Positions 19,467-21,423 of a stretch of DNA of 21,423 bases are shown here, one piece after another. The notes beneath the pieces were generated by a model. It had not been told where the DNA came from, ran no database searches, and saw nothing but the letters and a program-made list of their open reading frames with translations. The position numbers were made by a program, and so were the translations under genes. Origin of the DNA: Octopus sinensis (Eukaryota); contig NW_021823676.1 of NCBI RefSeq assembly GCF_006345805.1, positions 1 to 21,423 of the forward strand, given 5' to 3'. Position 1 is the stretch's first letter. Every line of letters starts with the position of its first letter.

Positions 19467-20096
19467 TTACTTATTTTTCAACATTTCTTTCATTCTTGTA
19501 ATGTAATTATCCTTTGCGGATTTCATTTTTATATCATGCGCTGTCACTAGCAGTTCGTGAATAACATTACACATTATGTTTTTAATTAATTTTTTCTTCA
19601 GTTCAGCTGCTGTATTCTTTTCACTGGTGGGGCAGCCATCTAATTTTTTAAAGTACCGACTTAATAGGAGATTCCATAAATCGGATAACTCCAACCAGTC
19701 GGTTGCGTTCTTTACGACGAAAACTTTCGCCTTGCAAGTATTTCCTCGAAATGTGACATCATTCCACATTTCGCCCACAGAGTGTAGTTTGTCACCCGTC
19801 ATGCAACGTGCAGTTTCCGCTGTTTTTCTTAACACAGGTTTCCCTATTTTCTTCCACGTGTTGGTGCTAATGACTGAAATGTCATAACCAGTATCCAGTT
19901 GTATTTTAATATTTATTCCATTTACTTTTACGTGTACAAATTTCCTTATTTGGGAATCGATTTTACTTTCTGCTGAGAGCACTTTGGAATTTTTTACATT
20001 TGACCATTGCACTTTTGTTCTACAGTGTGAACCTTTGACAACTGTAATATTTTTGGTTTTTAAAAGGACCATCTTTACTGAAATGTAGGCCGCCAC
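19467..20096 (-). pseudogene. Gypsy aspartic protease fused in frame to the RNaseH-integrase linker
   Basis: KFVHVKVNGINIKIQLDTGYDISVIS (retroviral-type DTG motif), then AELKKKL|IKNIMCNVIHELLVTAHDIKMKSAKDNYI with no RT YxDD region. Confidence 0.85.
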
Positions 20097-20792
20097 ATCC
20101 GTAACATGGATTAGCCTAGCAAGCTTCTTTGGTTATACTTTTTTCGGTCGACATATCTGTACTTTAGCGAAATCCTTTTCTTAAATTTTTCTTACATCGT
20201 GTTTCAGATTTACCATCCTTTCACATTCTTCTGCAACAGTCTCCAGGGTTAAATCTTGGTTCGCTTGTTCAAGTTTTGAAAGAACTCGTACCAGTATTTC
20301 TGTATCTTCATTTGCTCTAAGACCTTTGTACAAAAATGACGCATTTAAACATCTCAGGAGTAAGTTCTTTAAGTTTAAAACTTTCACACATTCTGTTGAC
20401 TGTTCCTGCATAAGTAATAAAGTTATCATCCTCTTTTTTAGTTAAATTCCAACACTCCATATGATGATAAATGGAGAAGTTTTATCATCGAACATATTAG
20501 ACAGTAATTTGATTGTTTCCTGAAAACAAATTTCAGTAGACTTTTTGGGCAATACGAAATTACAGCATCGTTCTTGCTCAGACGGCGCTAATTTACGTAA
20601 TAATAACCTTACGTTTTCTTCGTACGACCATGTCTTGCAATTTTTCTTAAAAACCCCCTCGTGCCGTCTGTAGTATGCTGCAAAAGTTATACTCTTCTTT
20701 GGGTTATAACTGAATTCTGTTATGGAGTTCCAAACGCCGTCTGGCGAAAACGAACTTACTGCATCTTTGGGCTTCTTTGTGTATAACTCCAA
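20070..20792 (-). pseudogene. Gypsy gag pseudogene with CCHC zinc-knuckle remnant
   Basis: YYRRHEGVFKKNCKTWSYEENVRLLLRKL...; LSKLEQANQDLTLETVAEECERMVNLKHD; NPCYGCGGLHFSKDGPFKN (knuckle, last C lost). Confidence 0.8.
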
Positions 20793-20957
20793 TAATTGTT
20801 GTTGTTATATTTGTTGCTGTACTAGTTGCTTCTGCAACTCCTGTTGCTGTTCTTGTTGTTACTTTAGCAATTGTATTACAGGAGCTAATGGGTCTTTCAT
20901 CATTTAACAAGTTGTATCACGAACAAATTGTTAAATAACCTATGTGAGCTTCGAAAC

Positions 20958-20968
20958 CCTCGTCGCCA
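20958..20968 (-). promoter_or_regulatory. Primer-binding site of the Gypsy element
   Basis: TGGCGACGAGG, 2 nt downstream of the LTR end (...CAACA TC TGGCGACGAGG). Confidence 0.75.
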
Positions 20969-20970
20969 GA

Positions 20971-21266
20971 TGTTGTGTTCTCCATTCCCAAATGTCGTGG
21001 TAACGTCACGATATTGTGACGGATGGTTTAGCTACACTGTACCAGTGTTGTAACAGTAAACAAGATAGCAATGCAGTCGTAATAACAACGTAACGATCCA
21101 ACAATCTCTCACGAAACAACAGTCAATATTCCAAACGAACGAACAAACCAACCGACACCTTCCGACTCAACCCAAACTAACACACAAACTTCACTCCGAC
21201 CTCTACTATTTATAATCATTCGGTCGAGTCTATTTCTCACAAGGGGGCGTCGTGACTCTCATCACA
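20971..21266 (-). repeat. 5' LTR (about 296 bp)
   Basis: Minus strand begins TGTGA and ends CAACA next to the PBS; outer boundary inferred only from the TG..CA termini because no second LTR is present. Confidence 0.7.
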
Positions 21267-21423
21267 GCAATTATAAATGTTGTTACTTGTGTTACCTCAT
21301 TTAGTCCGGATTTGTGCATCCAGACCGGATTTGTGTATCTGGACCAGAGATTGTCTTATATTTATATATGAAGTACCACTTACGTGAAAATATTGACCAT
21401 ATTGAAAATATAGACGCAGGAGT

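Larger units (their letters stand above)
18495..21266 (-). mobile_element. Decayed Ty3/Gypsy LTR retrotransposon: 5' LTR, PBS, gag, protease, integrase; RT/RNaseH deleted; no 3' LTR
   Basis: Gag-like, zinc-knuckle, DTG protease and HHCC/rve integrase motifs in Gypsy order on the minus strand; LTR and PBS upstream. Confidence 0.9.

Noticed and set aside
21306-21343. 19-bp imperfect tandem repeat CCGGATTTGTGYATCYRGA
   Set aside because: Only two copies with three mismatches; not an array and no CRISPR-like spacers.

Overview
Repeat-rich eukaryotic DNA with no host gene that I can support. The SINE families, LINE types and extreme microsatellite load look like Octopus; this is inferred from recall, not from a search. 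Nearly all ORFs in the supplied track are microsatellite read-throughs. Standard content: several tRNA-derived SINEs; a complete decayed mariner (7659-9694) carrying a nested Helitron and a nested SINE; three 3' fragments of R4/Dong-like restriction-endonuclease LINEs in (AAT)n arrays; a Penelope-like ORF fragment; and a 3'-truncated Ty3/Gypsy element lacking RT/RNaseH. The most notable signal is hammerhead ribozymes (HHR). One type I HHR with an intact catalytic core sits at 1923-2019 (+). At least six more HHR-shaped motifs with altered cores or altered helix II lie in three families of short elements, most ending in microsatellites. These include a three-copy family (285-450, 651-860, 2485-2670) with an exact CTGAYGA-N14-GAAATG spacing and a shared downstream CGGAC-N6-CGCAG motif. 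The window also has several inverted repeat pairs that could form long dsRNA, including a 60-bp inverted repeat whose five mismatches are all A.C on one strand and G.U on the other.
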